Source: Chiloscyllium plagiosum (taxonomy: Eukaryota). Taken from it: a DNA stretch of 64,000 nt. The stretch covers positions 2,482,776 through 2,546,775 of the forward strand of contig NC_057756.1 in NCBI RefSeq assembly GCF_004010195.1, written 5' to 3'. Each line of letters begins with the position of its first letter. Position 1 is the first letter of the stretch. Shown piece by piece: positions 40,601 to 53,376 of this stretch. Under the pieces are notes generated by a model. That model saw only the letters and a list, made by a program, of their open reading frames with translations, did not search any database and was not told where the DNA came from. The position numbers were made by a program, and so were the translations under genes.

Positions 40601-43462
40601 TTGCCTGATATGTACGATATGTCTGGCAAAATGCCACTGCGAGGTAAAAACAATGACTGCAGATGCTGGAAACCAGAGTTTCGAATAGTGTGGTGCTGGA
40701 AAAGCACAGCAGTTCAGGCAGCATCTAAGGAGCAGTAAAATCGGCGTTTCGGGCAAAAGCCCTTCATCAGGAATACAGGCAGAGTGCCTGAAGGGTGGAG
40801 AGATAAATGAGAGGAGGGTGGGGGTGTGGAGAAAGGAGCATAGAGTACAATAGGTGATTGGGGGAGGGGAAGAAGGTGATAGGTCAGGGAGGAGCATGGA
40901 GTGGATAGGTGGAAAGGAAGATAGGCAGGTAAGACAAGTCATGGGGACAGTGCTGAGTTGGAAGTTTGGAGCTGGGGTTAGGTGGGGGAAGGGGAAATGA
41001 GGAAACTGGTGAAGTCCAAAGCTTCATTGTGCAGTGCAAGTTAGTAAAAATATTATTGCATTTCAGCTTGGGTTTTTCTCACTTCTAAATAATACCCTGC
41101 AGGTGGATTGCAAGACCTCCTTTTGATAAAACAACAGGAAAAACAATTTGATGAACTTCCAACCTTTTTCCAGCTGCCTGAGTGTGTGATGGCCCTCAGT
41201 ATCTTATTAAGACATTTTTTTAAACGTAATAACATTCGGATTATTTTAAATTTTCATCAGTCTGCTGTAACACAGGTAATTTGCCTGAAGTAAAGATCCC
41301 AGCTGTGTTATCGGTCTATTCTTGGTTTGGCTCAAGCATCTGTTCAAACAATAACTCTGCTAATTCTACCTCAACTTTCTTATCCGCAGTCTTTGATCTC
41401 ACCTGTTTGTACTGGTGACTTTGTGACCTACCTACCAAACAGTCTGGAAAAATCCAAGCTCATTTGTCTCAGAATAGTACAGTTGCTCAATTTCCACTGG
41501 CTTTTGACAATAGGAATCACTCCTGCCTGTGTTCCAGCTATGTGATTTTCAAGTACGAATTGTATTCCTGGAACTGAGGTTTTGTCCATTACGCTTACCA
41601 CAACTTCTCCACTCATCCTGCACTTTATAAAATAGACGATTGCTTTTCTCATCATGCATTCCCGTCACTAGCCCTTTTCGTGGCAATTGTGCTTCAGAAT
41701 TGCATATCTCCTCATCTTTCAAGATTGCAGATTGAGAATATCCTGTATCTATTAATATTGCAATCTCCTGAACTGTTACTCCTGGTCTAAGGGAGAAAAC
41801 TTTACCTTCGCAGGGATATGTTTCAAGAAGATCTGGCACTTCCTCCTGAAAAATCTCAGACCAGCTTCAACATTCTGATGCGAATTTCCAGCCTCTACTG
41901 TGTTTTCCATTACGACTCCAACGAAATTAACTGGTTGATCTTATTATTTCTGCAGTGCTTTTCCTAATCCACCAATACTATGATTGCATTTGGCCTACTT
42001 TATGCCAGTGAAAACACTGGAGCTTTTTAACTTCTTGGATCACTTGAAGGACTTTCTTTTTACCTTGTGATAAATTTTCCTTATGATCTTCAACAGGATC
42101 TGGATTTCCACTTCCATGCAAGCTTTCTCTTTTCCCAAATTTCTGTCCATCACGTAATTAAATTGATTTTGTTAACCAATCTTTGATTTGCGGCCAATTC
42201 ACAATCATTTGCGATGTTTGCAGCTAATCCTGCCATTTTAACATTCTGCACTACCACGAGTTCTCATTACCTCAGAATTTGAGTTTGTGGACTGCCTCAG
42301 TTCAATTTCTGAAGTTCAAATTCCCTCTATTTACTCTTTTGTTCTCTCTCTCTTTCTGTCTTGATTCTCTCTCTTCGCTTTCTTTTTCTTCACCGTTTTG
42401 CTCTACTTATATTACTATGATCTTTATTTCGGTCCTTTGTTTTTAATCGTAATCCGAACTGTTTACGATGTCTGCTGCCCTTTCCTATTCTTTTGCCTCT
42501 AACTCAAGCTGCTTTTCTGTTGAAAATGAGCCATCTCTATAGATTTATCATGACATTTCCAGCAAACTACATGCTATTTACTGTTATTATTCTTTCTTCA
42601 TGGAAGGAAGGTGCTTCAGCTTCTTTGCTAATTCTAGCATTGTGGCCGTATTCACATTTTGCAAAACCGCAATGTTACTTCTTCCATTCCCAAACCTCTT
42701 GGTGACTGATAGTCAGTCGTATCACAAACACGGCTTAAACCCACCGAACGTAACACCCAAACCCAAAACAGAAACACTTACCACTTGCTTATTCGAGTTG
42801 AATCAGTACGATAGCAGAAGTTCGTGAACGTCCATCAATATGTTATAGACAAGACATGACACCATAAAAACATTTCAAGGAAGTAGCCCAGACACTAACT
42901 TGCGAGTTGGTTCAAATAAGTATATCACAGATATTCCCGACGAGGGTGGGGGTGTGAATGAATTGGTCAAATCACACCGGTTTAAACAAAACAGAATTTA
43001 TTTAAAAGACTACTGAGTGAAACACAAAACAAAAGCGAGCAGAATATAAATAACTTTTCGGATTGAAATCCCACTAAATCATCCAAAAGTATTGATGATG
43101 TTTCAAATATTTGCAACAATCCCCATCAATACCTCTTGGCACAAAAGATAAAATGAAACATAACTTCTCACAGGAGAGAAGGTCCACGTGGACCTGTTTC
43201 CTTTGGGTTCAAAAAATTCAAACAGAATTGCTACTGCAAACCAAATCAAACCAGAGGAAACCTGAGCTGGGACAAACGGGACAGTACCCTAACTCTCTAC
43301 ACTTTCATCTTAATTTCCAAAAAAAAAGGCTTTTGATTGATGATAAAATCAGACTGGCCCTAAACCCTTCCAAACACAGACTTTTCGAAATCTGAGTGTT
43401 TTACAACCTCCTGAAAAACGTCGAGGGCACTATAAATTTGTTTACAGTGCAGATTTGTCACA
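37675..43462 (-). mobile_element. Full-span degraded Gmr1-like Gypsy element with two LTRs and 4-bp TSD AGTC
   Basis: LTRs at about 37675-38123 and 42841-43462; AGTC at 37671-37674 and 43463-43466; protease ILIDTGYSQS (41549-41839); integrase region 39650-41250; RT KVMPF (39003-39330); RNase H end HVKGRQNMIANAMSR (38267-38578). Confidence 0.87.
40640..41020 (-). mobile_element. Penelope-derived terminal-repeat fragment nested in the Gypsy element
   Basis: gtaaaaacaatgactgcagatgctggaaacc...gtttcgggcaaaagcccttcatcaggaat followed by a G/A-rich tract. Confidence 0.78.
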
Positions 43463-43541
43463 AGTCCATTTCATTTCTTGCTGATATTTGGAAATGGGAG
43501 AGTCAACTAATTCAACATTAAAAGTATATTTCACGTTGCAG

Positions 43542-43562
43542 ATATGGTGAAGGAGAAAGCTG
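43542..43562 (+). pseudogene. 21-nt heptad pseudo-exon (DMVKEKA), donor GT>AT
   Basis: cacgttgcAG|atatggtgaaggagaaagctg|ATaagc; its upstream flank shares ctgatatttggaaatggga with the 46726 copy. Confidence 0.65.
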
Positions 43563-44009
43563 ATAAGCTTACAAACACGATATAGGTATTCCAGTGAGTT
43601 CATTATCAATGGAACATTGTTAATATTATTATTACCTCAAAGCATGCCTTGCAACTCGACTTATACGTGAAATGCACAATGAACAGCATGTGACATACCT
43701 TAGCAATTCAAAACACTGCGTGATACCAATGAGACATGGTTCTTAACAATAATTATGCGCACTGCCAGAGATTAGACAATAGCAACTGATATCATATCAA
43801 AGAGGTGCGAACCATGCAAAAGAGTAACGAATGGCACGGACTCTGAATCATAAAATCTGTTAGTGAAGTTAAGAAACGATACAGGAAACATAATGTCGGC
43901 AATTAATGCAAAGCAGAACACATGTTGTTTCTAATAAACGAGATGGTATTTCGCCACCAACGAAGATAATTCTTATGGTGCCAACTTACATTTATATGTT
44001 CGTTGCATG

Positions 44010-44061
<52 letters not shown>

Positions 44062-44140
44062 CATCTATCTATCTATCTATCTGTCTGTCTATTTGTCTAT
44101 CCGTAAGTATATATCTATGTGTCTATCTATCTATTTATCT
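44010..44140. repeat. (TATC)n microsatellite
   Basis: Direct tandem repeat. Confidence 0.95.
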
Positions 44141-44440
44141 ACTTACCTCTCTCTATACTTAAAATATTGCCAGTCATCTATTTACGCTACTGAACTGAAC
44201 AATAACAAATAAAGTAAGTGTTGTTGGGTGAACAAACAGAGACATAAGATTACAAAAAAATGCAATTAAGCGACAAAACCAGAAAGTCAAGACATAAAAA
44301 GATAATGGACAAATAAATTGTTTACCCATTCCCTCATTAATAAACACATCATAAGTTGCAGTATTGATCAATGATATGTGTAATCCAGTGACATCGTGAC
44401 ATTTCATTAATAGAGTTTGATATAACACTATAACATGCTA

Positions 44441-44575
44441 ATTTCTGATGAAGGGATTTTTCCCGAAACGTCGATTTTCCTGCTGCTCGGATACTGCCGG
44501 ACTTGCTGTGCTTTTCCAGAACCACTCTAATCTAGACTCTGGTTCCCAGCATCTGCAGTCCTTGTTTTTACCTAA
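44441..44575 (+). mobile_element. Short Penelope-derived repeat with a minimal hammerhead-ribozyme motif
   Basis: CTGATGA-A-GGGA-TTTT-TCCC-GAAAC-GTC at 44445-44472, followed by the family body ..ccagcatctgcagtcc.. Confidence 0.75.
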
Positions 44576-45615
44576 ATATTAGGGGATTTATGTGCTTTCA
44601 TGGATAAGCTATTTATCTCAAAAGTGAGCTTCAAAGTAGGCAGAGACATAGTGACAATGCCACGTAAATAATAATAAATTGATTGTGTGATCTGTCACCA
44701 TCTTCTCTTGATGCACACAGTGCTATGTCTGGGTTTTTTTCAGGATATCAGTGAGCTCGTGTAGGTTTTCGGAATGTGTATGTTACTGATAAGCATTTTA
44801 ATTCTGATCGACTTTACCCTGCAGCGTGGGCAAAGGAACAGGCAGAAATAGAATATGACAAAGGCGAAACTGAGAGGCAAGACGGTCGTGATTGAACAGC
44901 AATGGCAGGTCAGGGAGCTTGCGAGGAGCAGGACAATTGACTATCCTGATCAAATATTTTTTTCCAGAAACGTCGCCTCTCCTGCTCCTCGGATTGTGCC
45001 TCACCTACTGTTGATTTTCTGTTACCACAATAATAAAATAACAGGTCAATCATATCGTCATGTTGAGTAGCCTATCTTGAGAAACTGCTTGATAATGTTA
45101 CACTTACTAACACCATTCTTAATCAATGAAAGTTGCCTTCCATCGATAAATACTTACAAAAGAAAGGCGTGAATTCATTTCTTGTGAAAATGGCCAGGTT
45201 ACTGTTTTGAAGTAGTGCACACAATTACTTGATAATAAGAGAACTGTGATATGGGAACATAACGAAATCATAATGCGTTCTGAAAATCAAGAATGTAGTT
45301 ATGATGTCGTTTGATTTAAATCATCTGAGTATCTGTAAGAAATTGAGGTGCTGCGAAATCTCTTCAAGAAGAATAAAATCATTTTATCCATGCAGGAGAG
45401 CAGGGTAGAGAGCGAGAAAGAAGGTGAGAGCAGGCGAACAAGAGAACGTGAGATCGCGTTAGAGTGAGAGAGAGGGGAGGAGAACGTTCTTTCAAGCAAT
45501 GTACATACTGACCCCTTCCATTCCTTTTTGTAAAATTGAGTACTCATGATGGCATTGCTGCCAGCTGGATGTCCATTTGACATTTCAAATATATTCTGCT
45601 TATTTTTTCTTGCAG

Positions 45616-45636
45616 TACTTGTGAAAGAACAAGCAG
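45616..45636 (+). pseudogene. Heptad micro-exon copy (VLVKEQA) missing one G at the exon/donor junction
   Basis: ttttttcttgcAG|tacttgtgaaagaacaagcag|taaag; using GTAAAG as donor gives a frameshifting 20-nt exon. Confidence 0.65.
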
Positions 45637-46290
45637 TAAAGTGAATCAATGTTGAAACGTGGAAAACTGGATCGGTCACTTCTCTTATGAAAGTACAGAT
45701 TAGTTTGAGAAACTGCTTTCTGGAATTGTTCTTGCAACAGCCAGATAAAGTTTGAAAAAGAAAAGAACGTTTCATTTCACTGACTAAAGGAACAAAACAG
45801 AGGTACCCCTTTTTTTTCCACGGCGAAGGCGTCAGATGCATTCTGAAAGAGCAGAATATGAAAAACTAACGATGAGTCGAATGGATTTTGTACACATGAA
45901 CAAATCTTTCAATGTCGTAAGGAGGGGAAAATGGGCAGTTGAAGATGATCAGTTAGCAATCGATGTGCAAATACATGTACTGAACAGAATGGAAATGTTT
46001 GTGAGTGCTTGCAGGCGGTAAGGGGTGAGCTAAGAGGAACACCAAGGTCAATATGCACAGGCAGACTGATAGACACGATGACATATACCCAATCAGAGAG
46101 AGAAAAAAAAACAACAAATGACATGTTCATGTGATCACCGCATCATTACTTCCTTATTTCTGCACCATTTTAGATTTTTGATGGAGTCAATCTACCGGAA
46201 ATGAGAAGTTAAAATTCGAAATTCATTGAGCTGAAAGTCGTTATCCAGCCATACAAAAAAAAACAAACTTGTCTTTGCTTTGTCTTACAG

Positions 46291-46311
46291 AGCATGCAAT
46301 GTACAAAGAAG
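46291..46311 (+). CDS. 21-nt heptad micro-exon (EHAMYKE)
   Basis: ctttgtcttacAG|agcatgcaatgtacaaagaag|GTatga. Confidence 0.72.
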
Positions 46312-46725
46312 GTATGAATCATACGAATTCTATCACGGAGCATGAGAAAATGTAATGAGCTGAGACGAACATTCCACGTCCACATAGCATTTTGAGGTAA
46401 TATTGCTTCAAGTTCTTTTCACCTATGTTCACAAAAATGAACAAAAAAAAAAATCAGATTCGATCAAACAAGACAATTAACGCATGCAGGTGACAGGTGA
46501 AAAAAATTCAAGAACCGTGGCGCTGTCTGGAAAAGCAGCATTTACATGACGGAGGTTAATTTTATGCTTCACATTTTTAACAGAATCTTTCCTAAACTGA
46601 AGGTAGATACACCATCTTCTTTTGATGATGGAAAGGCATTTTGTATTTGAGGCCACTTCCTATCATTACTGATATTTGGAAATGGGACAACTCACGATTA
46701 AATTAAGATGGCTTACTCACTGCAA

Positions 46726-46746
46726 ATTTGGCAAAGGAACAATTAG
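46726..46746 (+). pseudogene. 21-nt heptad pseudo-exon (DLAKEQL), acceptor CAG>CAA
   Basis: ctcactgcAA|atttggcaaaggaacaattag|GTaaca. Confidence 0.65.
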
Positions 46747-47159
46747 GTAACATTATAAAAAATATATATGTATATATGCTTATTTGATTCAGTTGCTAAC
46801 TTACGATAGTAACATTTTATTGCCTATAAGCATCAACTACTATTGCATTTATGTACATGTATGGACAATGATGCGTCAATAAATCTGTTTCGAATTACAC
46901 AAAACTTCATGATGACTGTCGAAAGACTGAATTGGAAACCATATTGGCAGCGTTACAAAGGTAGTAAATAACATGTAATATCACACATGGAATCATGAGG
47001 GAAAAAAACTCAAATGTTAAATATTTGCCGACAATAAATCTATTTTTGCAGTGAGGAAATACAGGCATACACCGACAGGAAGAGAAATAAGCACAGATGT
47101 GGAGACTTAGAAGAATTTGAGAATGAGAACGCGATAGAAACAGGAAAAGGGTGATAGAA

Positions 47160-48487
47160 TGGGAGTAGACACAACCCAGATAATTATAGACCAGTGAGCC
47201 TTACTTTGCGTGTGGGTAACGTGGTGGAAAAGGTTATAAAAGATAGGATTTATAATAATCTAGAGACGAATAAGTTGATTAGGGATAGTCAGCATGGTTT
47301 TGTGAAGAGTAGGTTGGATGTCACAAACCTTGTGAGTTCTTTGAGATGGTGAACAAACAGGCGGATGAGGGTAAGGTCGTTGATTTCTGTAAGTCGTTTG
47401 ATACGGTTTCCCACAGTAGGCTATTACAGAAAATACGGAGACATGGGAGTGAGGGTGATTTTAAAAATTGGATTCGAAATTGGCTTGCTGAAAGAAGACA
47501 GAAGGCGTTGGTTGATGGGAAATGTGGAGTTCAGCGAGGAAGTCTACCGTACTGGTCTATTTTGAAGCCACTGCTGTTTGTCATTTTTATAAATGACCTG
47601 AATGATAGCGTAAAAGTATAGGTGAGTATATTTACGGATTGCACAAAGGTCGGTGGAGTTGTGGATTGTGCTGAGGAATGTTGCAGGCTACCGAGTAACA
47701 CAGACAAGTTGCAGTTTAATAGAGAAAAGACTGAGGTCATTTCCATTGGAAGGAGCAATAGGAATGTAGAGTACTGGGCTAATGGTCAGATACTTCTTGG
47801 AGTAGATGAGCAGAGAGATCTTGGTGTCTATGAACATAGACCTCTGAAAGTTGCCACCTCAGTTGATAGGGTTGTTCAGAAGGAATACAGTATGTTGGCT
47901 TTTATTGTTAGAGGGTTTAAGTTTCAGAGCCACTAGTTCTTGCATCAAATGTACAAACATCTGTTGTGACCACACTTGGAGTATTGTGTAAAGTTCAGGT
48001 CACTGCATTATGGGAAGGATCTGGTAGCCTTGAAAAGGTTCAGATGAGATTTAACAAGATGTTTCCTACTATACAGCAAAGATCCAAATAGGAAAGCCTG
48101 AGGGACCTGAGGCTGTTTTCCTTCGACAGATGAAGTTTTATAGGTGTCTTAATTGCGGCATATAAAATAAGCATGGAGCTCGATTGGATGGGCAGTGACA
48201 ATCTCTTTCCTCGGATGCAGATGGCTAGCTCGAGGGGACATTGCTTCAACTTAAGTGGTAATAGACGTAGGATAGATATCGAGGGAACTGCTTTGGTAGC
48301 GACATGGACAACACTGCCTGCAACAACAGGAGTCTAAATAAATTTAACGGTTTTTTTAATGGTCATTGGATTAACATAAGGATGAAAACGTAACAGTGTA
48401 GGATAGATATGCTTCAGATATGTTTCAGGACAACGTAACACAGTCCGAAGGACATTTAATGTACACTTTTTTTTGTTCTACGTTCTA
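47160..48487 (+). mobile_element. Degraded CR1 RT and 3' fragment
   Basis: aattatagaccagtgagccttact; ORFs KSFDTVSH..WIRNWL and DEQRDLGV; ttctacgttcta tail. Confidence 0.88.
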
Positions 48488-48730
48488 AAAGGAGCGTTTA
48501 CATAAAACGATGTAATCAAATTCAGAAAGATAACAATTAGGTGTTAAAGATTTGCTCCTGAACGTAATGTCATAATTACTGCATTGTGTAAACAGAGAGA
48601 AAATAAAATGTTGTTCAGTTGATGGCACTAATATGACATTATCGTCATTTCAGTCAAACCATCATATTGTCTTTTCAAACCATCCAGTACCTGAGTATCC
48701 TTATTATTGTGGTCTATTTTTTCCATTTAG

Positions 48731-48751
48731 CACTTGCAAAGGAACAAGCTG
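48731..48751 (+). CDS. 21-nt heptad micro-exon (ALAKEQA)
   Basis: ttttttccatttAG|cacttgcaaaggaacaagctg|GTatgg. Confidence 0.78.
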
Positions 48752-50214
48752 GTATGGACAGTAAAATATAAATTCTTTCCACTAGCTAGTTAGATGATGC
48801 AGATAAACCGTGGTTGGGAATATTTCTTAAAAGAACTCTGCATTGCAGCGCAGAAAACCCAAACTCGAGATGTTTGCTGCTTTTATGCTATTTTAGTTAT
48901 TTATTGTGGCGTGTAAAATATTGGAAAATGGAGGGAAAAGTTTTGCTCAGTATGCCTACTCTCAGGCACCACCTTACAACAAAAAAAGACGAAAAATGAC
49001 GTAATAACGAAAACATGTTCAACTTTACCGTCCATTGGTGACGTGCTGCACGGCCTGGTTGCCAGCCACAATTCTCCTCCACTGCGCTGCCACTGCGAGA
49101 ATGAGGTTGCCTTTCTTAAGCACCATCTCGTCTCCACTATCGCGATCGCCACTATGAGACCTCGATGGACTTCGTGAATGCACACTGCAGCGATGTACCA
49201 AGGTGACAGAGTTCAGCTCAGCCACTGCAATCAGTCTGCGTCAACATACCACGACAGTGGAGCTCTGCTCATACTGCCAGGTCCGGATTTGGGCCCAAAC
49301 CCTCTACCCCTGTCCAGCCCTTTCAATCTGCACTGTACTGTCTGCACGATGCAGAAGGGATTGAAACCCCCCTCTTACGCTGCTGTCACAAGGCCATGCC
49401 ATTGGGCATATCATGCAAATAAAATACAAGCAAATAAACCAGGGAAGAGAGAACATTTTTATGGTTACTGCCCAGACGTTCAGCACATACTTTATTGATG
49501 ATGGAACAAATTGCATATATAAAGAGATGAAGAAACTTTAATGATCGCGAGAAAGTGATATTCAATTACCTCGTTAGTAGGTGTTCATGCCCATCTCAGA
49601 CGATAATGGGAGAGTTAGATTCAAATGTTGTGTTAAAGAACAAATGATCTAGCCATCGAGCGAGATCGACATAATTAGGGACAAGGATGAATAAATAGAA
49701 CAGGCAGACCTAGACATTGTTGATTGATCAGTCAGTCAATAAGTTATCTAGGATCTGTTTGGAGAGAAAAAAAAAACATGCTCATGTTCTTATTTCTGCA
49801 TAATCTTGGCATTGTGGAAATACCATCCAATTAACATTTTAATCCTTGAACTCAGCACTCATTTTATTTACTAAGATTTGTGAACTGGCCATGCCTCAAC
49901 GATGTTGATTTTCGTATTGCTTTGTACCACAGACCATAATATGCATGAAAAGTTAGGGAATGCAGCAATTCCACCTATTCATCACTTTTGAATTAGTAGA
50001 AATACACCTTATCTTCAGCTCACGTTGAATCTTTGAAAATTCCTCCTTGCATGAATTGCGACAAATATTTGTCTGCAAAGGGATAGTTAAACAGAGATAG
50101 AGAGCAAAATAGTAACGTAACTGTCCCACAAGCAGCCCATTGTATTTGGAACATTTCAGAGAATGTTACAACACTGAATGCAAACATTGGGACATGGAGC
50201 ACAGAAAGTAGAAC

Positions 50215-50660
50215 GATAAAGCACAGGAACAATGCATTTCGTTCACCATGTGTATGTCACACATGATAAAATTCTATGCTCAGCCTATTTGCCTGCACAT
50301 GACGTCCTGCTTGTCTTAAAGCTTGAGACAGTGTATGCTTCAACCAGATCCCCTGGAAGCACATTCCATACAGTTACCCATCCATACCCATCTGTAAAAA
50401 AAAAATCCCTCACTCATACTTTACTTTCCCACCTCAGATCTAACAGCTATGGTGCATAGCAATTCACATTTCATGATAAACGTTAAGTAGCCACGTTATT
50501 CCATGCCCTCATAATTTTTTACACATATTTTCTAGGTCTCTTCTTAGACTCTGTCACGCTACGGAAAACAAACTAATTTTGTCCATATTATTCAATTGCT
50601 ACTAACATCCAATCTGAAGTACATCCCGTTAAAACCCTTTTGCAGCTTCCACAAAGCCTC
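50215..50660 (-). mobile_element. Very old CR1 3' fragment
   Basis: Decayed motifs gcttcaacca..ccctggaagcacattcca and ccatgccctcataatttt. Confidence 0.5.
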
Positions 50661-51529
50661 AGCATTTTGACAAGGGCCGTGCATTGATGAAATAGAAATA
50701 GACTCCACACTTTAAATTCTGTTCCTGTAAGTACTGGTTGTGAGTTTAACTATTAACTATCTAGATTGGAAAAGAAAGGATGAAATATGAACGGGGCTTC
50801 CCCTTCTAGATTTAATAATTTTATGTTAAGGGAGGCAACGTTATTTTATTTTCTTTGAAATGGTCATGAATATATCGAGTGTGGTAAACGCCACGAAAAA
50901 AAAGAGTTTAAAGAGTAGGCAGACAGACGTTTCATTAGTAACCGATGAAATGGTTATGTGCAGCCAGCAAAGATGTGGAGTTGAGGTTTAAAAGAGATCC
51001 GATTAGTCAGTATGCACAGGTGTAATACCCTCTACAGAAATTGAGTACACATTCTCCTGTTTTTAAGGCCCAGGCTTATCCAACTAAATTATTTGCGTTT
51101 CAAAATGAAAGAACAGATAGGTCTGTATATTAGTTAGGATTACTATTACAAATTTCACCGATGACAGCTTTAAATGTCAGTGAATAGAATGCCAAGGAAG
51201 ATTTGCTTGTTTATTATTTGCATATGGAATCACATCATCTCTAGAAACAATAAAATGTCAATAGATGATAATTTGTACAATGACAAAAATAAAACATGAA
51301 TGTACAGAATTCCGACAGTACTATCTATTAATGCAACACACCAGAAGAGATAGTGATAATGATGTTTTACATTCACAAATGTCACTAATGAAGCTCATGA
51401 ATGTTTTCAATAAATGTTGGGATCTGATCTCAAACAACATTAACAAAACTTGATGTAAAACAGGATTTTGCATGAATGCTGACCTTTGCTGTTATCTACA
51501 TTGTGTCGAGAAAATCCAATGACGTTAAA

Positions 51530-52140
51530 GAATGATAGAATTTCACAGCCCAGAAGCAGACCCCTTAGTCCAACCTATGTGCGCAGACAAAAGATCCAAA
51601 ACAGATCGAGACTCATTCTCCAGTTTCTATCATCTCCCTGTAAATCTTTGCTCTTCATGTATCCATTCAATTCCATTTATACTGTTGTAATTGAGCCCGC
51701 CTACACCACCTCTCCCGGCAGATTGTTACATACACTTATTATTTGCTGCATCCAAAAGTTGCACTGCAGGTCACCTAAATAATTGCCCTCTAGCTTTGGA
51801 CTCGGCAAGTCTGGGTGCAGTACCTTGTCTTTTCAGCCGATTCATAACCCCCCCCCCCCCCCGATTTTGTAAATTACTAGACGGTTTTCCCTTAGCACCA
51901 GACCCCGCATGGGAAAATAATCCAGCCTATTCAGCCTAGTCGTATAGCTCAAACTATCCAAGACCGACACGATGTTTGCTAATATTTTTTGATCTCCTTC
52001 AAAATCAAAAAGATTTTTGTGAAAGCGGGGTACAATACCTGAATGCAGCATCCTAAATTCCTGATTTGTAAAAAATGGAAACACTCTAATGTATTCAATT
52101 TGGGCGACTTGCATTTGAATTCGTATACTCTGATTGATCT
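51530..52140 (-). mobile_element. Old CR1 3' fragment
   Basis: Decayed reverse complement of the CR1 3' end (accacctctcccggcag..; tccagcctattcagcct). Confidence 0.65.
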
Positions 52141-52647
52141 TTATCGAACATTTTTAATTCACCATGCGAAAAATATTTTGGACAGCTCGACTAATGTGTT
52201 TCTCTTTTCCCAACCAGATTTTAAGAATTGTGAAGAAGGTGAGAAAGATAATAGCATTAGATTTAACACATTGCCAACAGTAAATAATTAGGATTTTTGT
52301 AACATCGGTTATTAGGTACAAGTGAAGACTCATCATTGTTCCATTTCGAACAACTCAACCTGAAATCTCGGTTTGATGGTTAGAGACTAATTGCTTCGTA
52401 GAAACAATTGATGGAACGTTCATGCAGAGCGGGATGAGAATAAAAGTTTATTGCTATTAAAACTAAGACAAGTTATTACTGATTGACAGAAAACATCTTG
52501 AAGAGAAACAGAATAACGTATAAACCATAGTACTGTGGATCACAATACTTTCTTAGTTGATTTTGAGACTGAATACGATTTAAATGCCAATGGTATAAAA
52601 TAGTCTTCCTTTATAAGAATGCATGTCATTTTTTGCTTTCCGTGTAA

Positions 52648-52668
52648 AATTCGTTGAGGACCAAACAG
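52648..52668 (+). pseudogene. 21-nt heptad pseudo-exon (EFVEDQT), acceptor TAG>TAA
   Basis: ttttgctttccgtgtAA|aattcgttgaggaccaaacag|GTaaat. Confidence 0.55.
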
Positions 52669-53317
52669 GTAAATATAACTTAAATATAAATAAGTTATTC
52701 CTGTGTTTTACCAACAATCTAACGTGAGGAAAGCTGTTAAGAAAAGTCAAGACTTTCCTCCAGAATACAGAGATTAATAATGATCATAACGTCATTTTTT
52801 GTTTACATTGCACCAGAATCCAACATCAAGCATTGCACTTAAACGCTTCCATCTCTTTTTTGTTAAGCAGAGGCTTAATTCTTTTCCTGCTTGTGGGTGC
52901 ATCACTGGATGCGCACTTTGCCAAACTAATTCTGGAATGCAATAGACTTTAAAAAAACACACATCATGAATGATGATTAAGATATGAAATGTATTCTTCA
53001 TACTTAATTTAAAATAAAAGTAAAATGTTTTCAGAATAAATGGTTATATCGGGATCTGGCATTAATTCTCTCAAATAGAGTGAGAAATTTATATGTAAAC
53101 ATAGATAGAATTGCATTGGAATGTAACCGTGTGCTTTAATGACGCATCGTGGCCCAACTATTCGTTTTCTTCGCGTCAGATCCGCTACCTCGTGATTTGT
53201 TTAAAAAAATTGCTTCCCGTCAACTTCTCGTATTTATGCTGATAATTATTCACACATCGAAACTTATGACAAAGAATAAAAGTATAGAATGTTTAAACCT
53301 TTCTCTATTCTCTGCAG

Positions 53318-53338
53318 ATCTTAAGAAATATAAAGAGG
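53318..53338 (+). CDS. 21-nt heptad micro-exon (DLKKYKE)
   Basis: ttctctattctctgcAG|atcttaagaaatataaagagg|GTgagg. Confidence 0.75.
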
Positions 53339-53376
53339 GTGAGGCCACCAACAGAAAATAAAAACTAAAAAAAAAT

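Noticed and set aside
45299..45841. 180-aa minus-strand ORF
   Set aside because: No recognisable domain; antisense to a GA-rich intron patch and a micro-exon copy.
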